A model generated the notes under the pieces. The model saw only the letters and a list, made by a program, of their open reading frames with translations. It did no database searches and was not told the DNA's origin. Shown in pieces: positions 13,359-17,512 of a stretch of 17,512 nucleotides of DNA (position 1 is the first letter of the stretch; the number at the start of each line of letters is the position of its first letter). The stretch is from Eledone cirrhosa. Lineage: Eukaryota. A program made the position numbers and the translations under genes. The stretch lies in assembly GCA_964016885.1 (NCBI GenBank), contig CAXHJY010001424.1, forward strand, positions 1 through 17,512, given 5' to 3'.

Positions 13359-13645
13359 AAAAAGGTGACGTGGTTGCCTTAACACCGTATGGCATAAATT
13401 CAGGCTGTTCAGTTTGTTTACAAACGAACAAAGCGACGTTAGCGCCGCTAAACTGATACGTGCATATATGTATGTGTACCTGTATGCATATGTATGTATA
13501 TATGTATATATATATATATATGTGTGCATGCTACTGTACGTCTGTATACATATATGTATGTACGTATACATGCATACTTACATTTAAGTAAGTGCCATAC
13601 TAAGAGTGAGAAATGAAATTTTGTTTTCATTTTGTTTCAATTTAT

Positions 13646-14017
13646 ATATATACAGATATATATATATATATATACAGATATATATATATATATACAAATA
13701 TATATATATATACAGATATATATATATATATACAAATATATATATATATACAGATATATATATATATACAGATATATATATATATACAGATATATATATA
13801 CAGATATATATATATATACAGATATATATATATATATACAGATATATATATATATACAGATATATATATATATACACATATATATATATATATATATATA
13901 TACGGATATATATATATATATACAGATATATATATATATATACAGATATATATATATAGTTATATATATATATATATAGTTATATATATATATATACACA
14001 TATATATATATATATAC

Positions 14018-14052
<35 letters not shown>

Positions 14053-14065
14053 TATATATATATAC

Positions 14066-14116
<51 letters not shown>

Positions 14117-14162
14117 TATATATATATATATATATACAGATATATATATATATATACAGATA
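13646..14162. repeat. (TA)n/(TATACAGA) microsatellite
   Basis: Directly visible. Confidence 0.95.
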
Positions 14163-14485
14163 TGTAGGAGGTGAGTTTTATTGTAGTACAATAAAGCAAT
14201 GCAGATATCGGATAAGAAGCACTCTACAGTTTGTGGGACTGGAGTATGGATAATATAAGATCAAAAGATGGTTAAAGGAGTTCCATATATTTTATTATGC
14301 GCATTTCAAAAACAAATATGTTGATTTAAAACTGCACTATCAACAAGTGTTTTTTAGCCTTCATATCATGTTCTCCTGTTTTATCTGATGAAAACGCAAA
14401 TATTATTGTTTGATGATGTTTGTTTTTGAAATGCGCATAATAAAATATATGGAACTCCTTTAACCATCTTTTGATCTTATATTAT
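14163..14485 (+). mobile_element. Short fold-back HHR-bearing insertion (pLTR-like fragment); 67-bp inverted arms 14250-14316 and 14419-14485
   Basis: ataatataagatcaaaagatgg...aaaaacaaa is the reverse complement of tttgttttt...ccatcttttgatcttatattat. An HHR overlaps the loop and right arm. Confidence 0.7.
14370..14455 (+). ncRNA. Type I hammerhead ribozyme with long stem II
   Basis: tgttttat-CTGATGA(14385)-aaacgcaaatattatt gttt gatgatgtttgttttt-GAAA(14428)-tgcgca-TA-ataaaata. Palindromic ATGCGCAT stem III, stem I extension gttct/ggaac, predicted cleavage after A14439 (AUA). Confidence 0.83.

Positions 14486-17512
<3,027 letters not shown>

Larger units (their letters stand above)
12493..13645 (+). 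mobile_element. Tandem array of a 466-bp HHR-containing non-coding unit (~2.5 copies), retrozyme-like or non-autonomous PLE
   Basis: Unit start cgaacaaagcgacg occurs at 12493, 12959 and 13425. Copies are nearly identical, each full unit carries one HHR, and there is no real ORF. Confidence 0.82.

Noticed and set aside
12493-13645. CRISPR array or coding repeat
   Set aside because: The units are 466-bp near-identical copies with no unique spacers. Their small ORFs are low-complexity and the context is eukaryotic.

Overview
AT-rich eukaryotic (animal) repeat region with no host genes. The SINE and (TA)n landscape resemble a cephalopod such as Octopus, which is inference only. Bases 1-5386 hold a 5'-truncated Penelope-like retroelement (PLE): an RT with a YRDD motif plus a C-terminal Cys-rich GIY-YIG endonuclease, Naiad-like, duplicated as a >2 kb fold-back. 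The rest is long (TA)n/(TATACA)n microsatellite containing a non-autonomous Helitron-like element, a tRNA-derived SINE with a 19-bp TSD and three further fold-back insertions. Reading the non-coding DNA by eye shows five type-I hammerhead ribozyme (HHR) motifs with palindromic stem III on the + strand, from four unrelated sequence families (cores at 5198, 11696, 12837, 13303, 14385), plus one inactivated inverted copy. Two of them delimit a 466-nt tandem unit resembling a non-LTR retrozyme. One has a rare U3-A8 compensatory core. All four HHR-bearing insertions share the same inverted copy/loop/forward copy layout. The long Tyr/Ile-rich ORFs are microsatellite artefacts.
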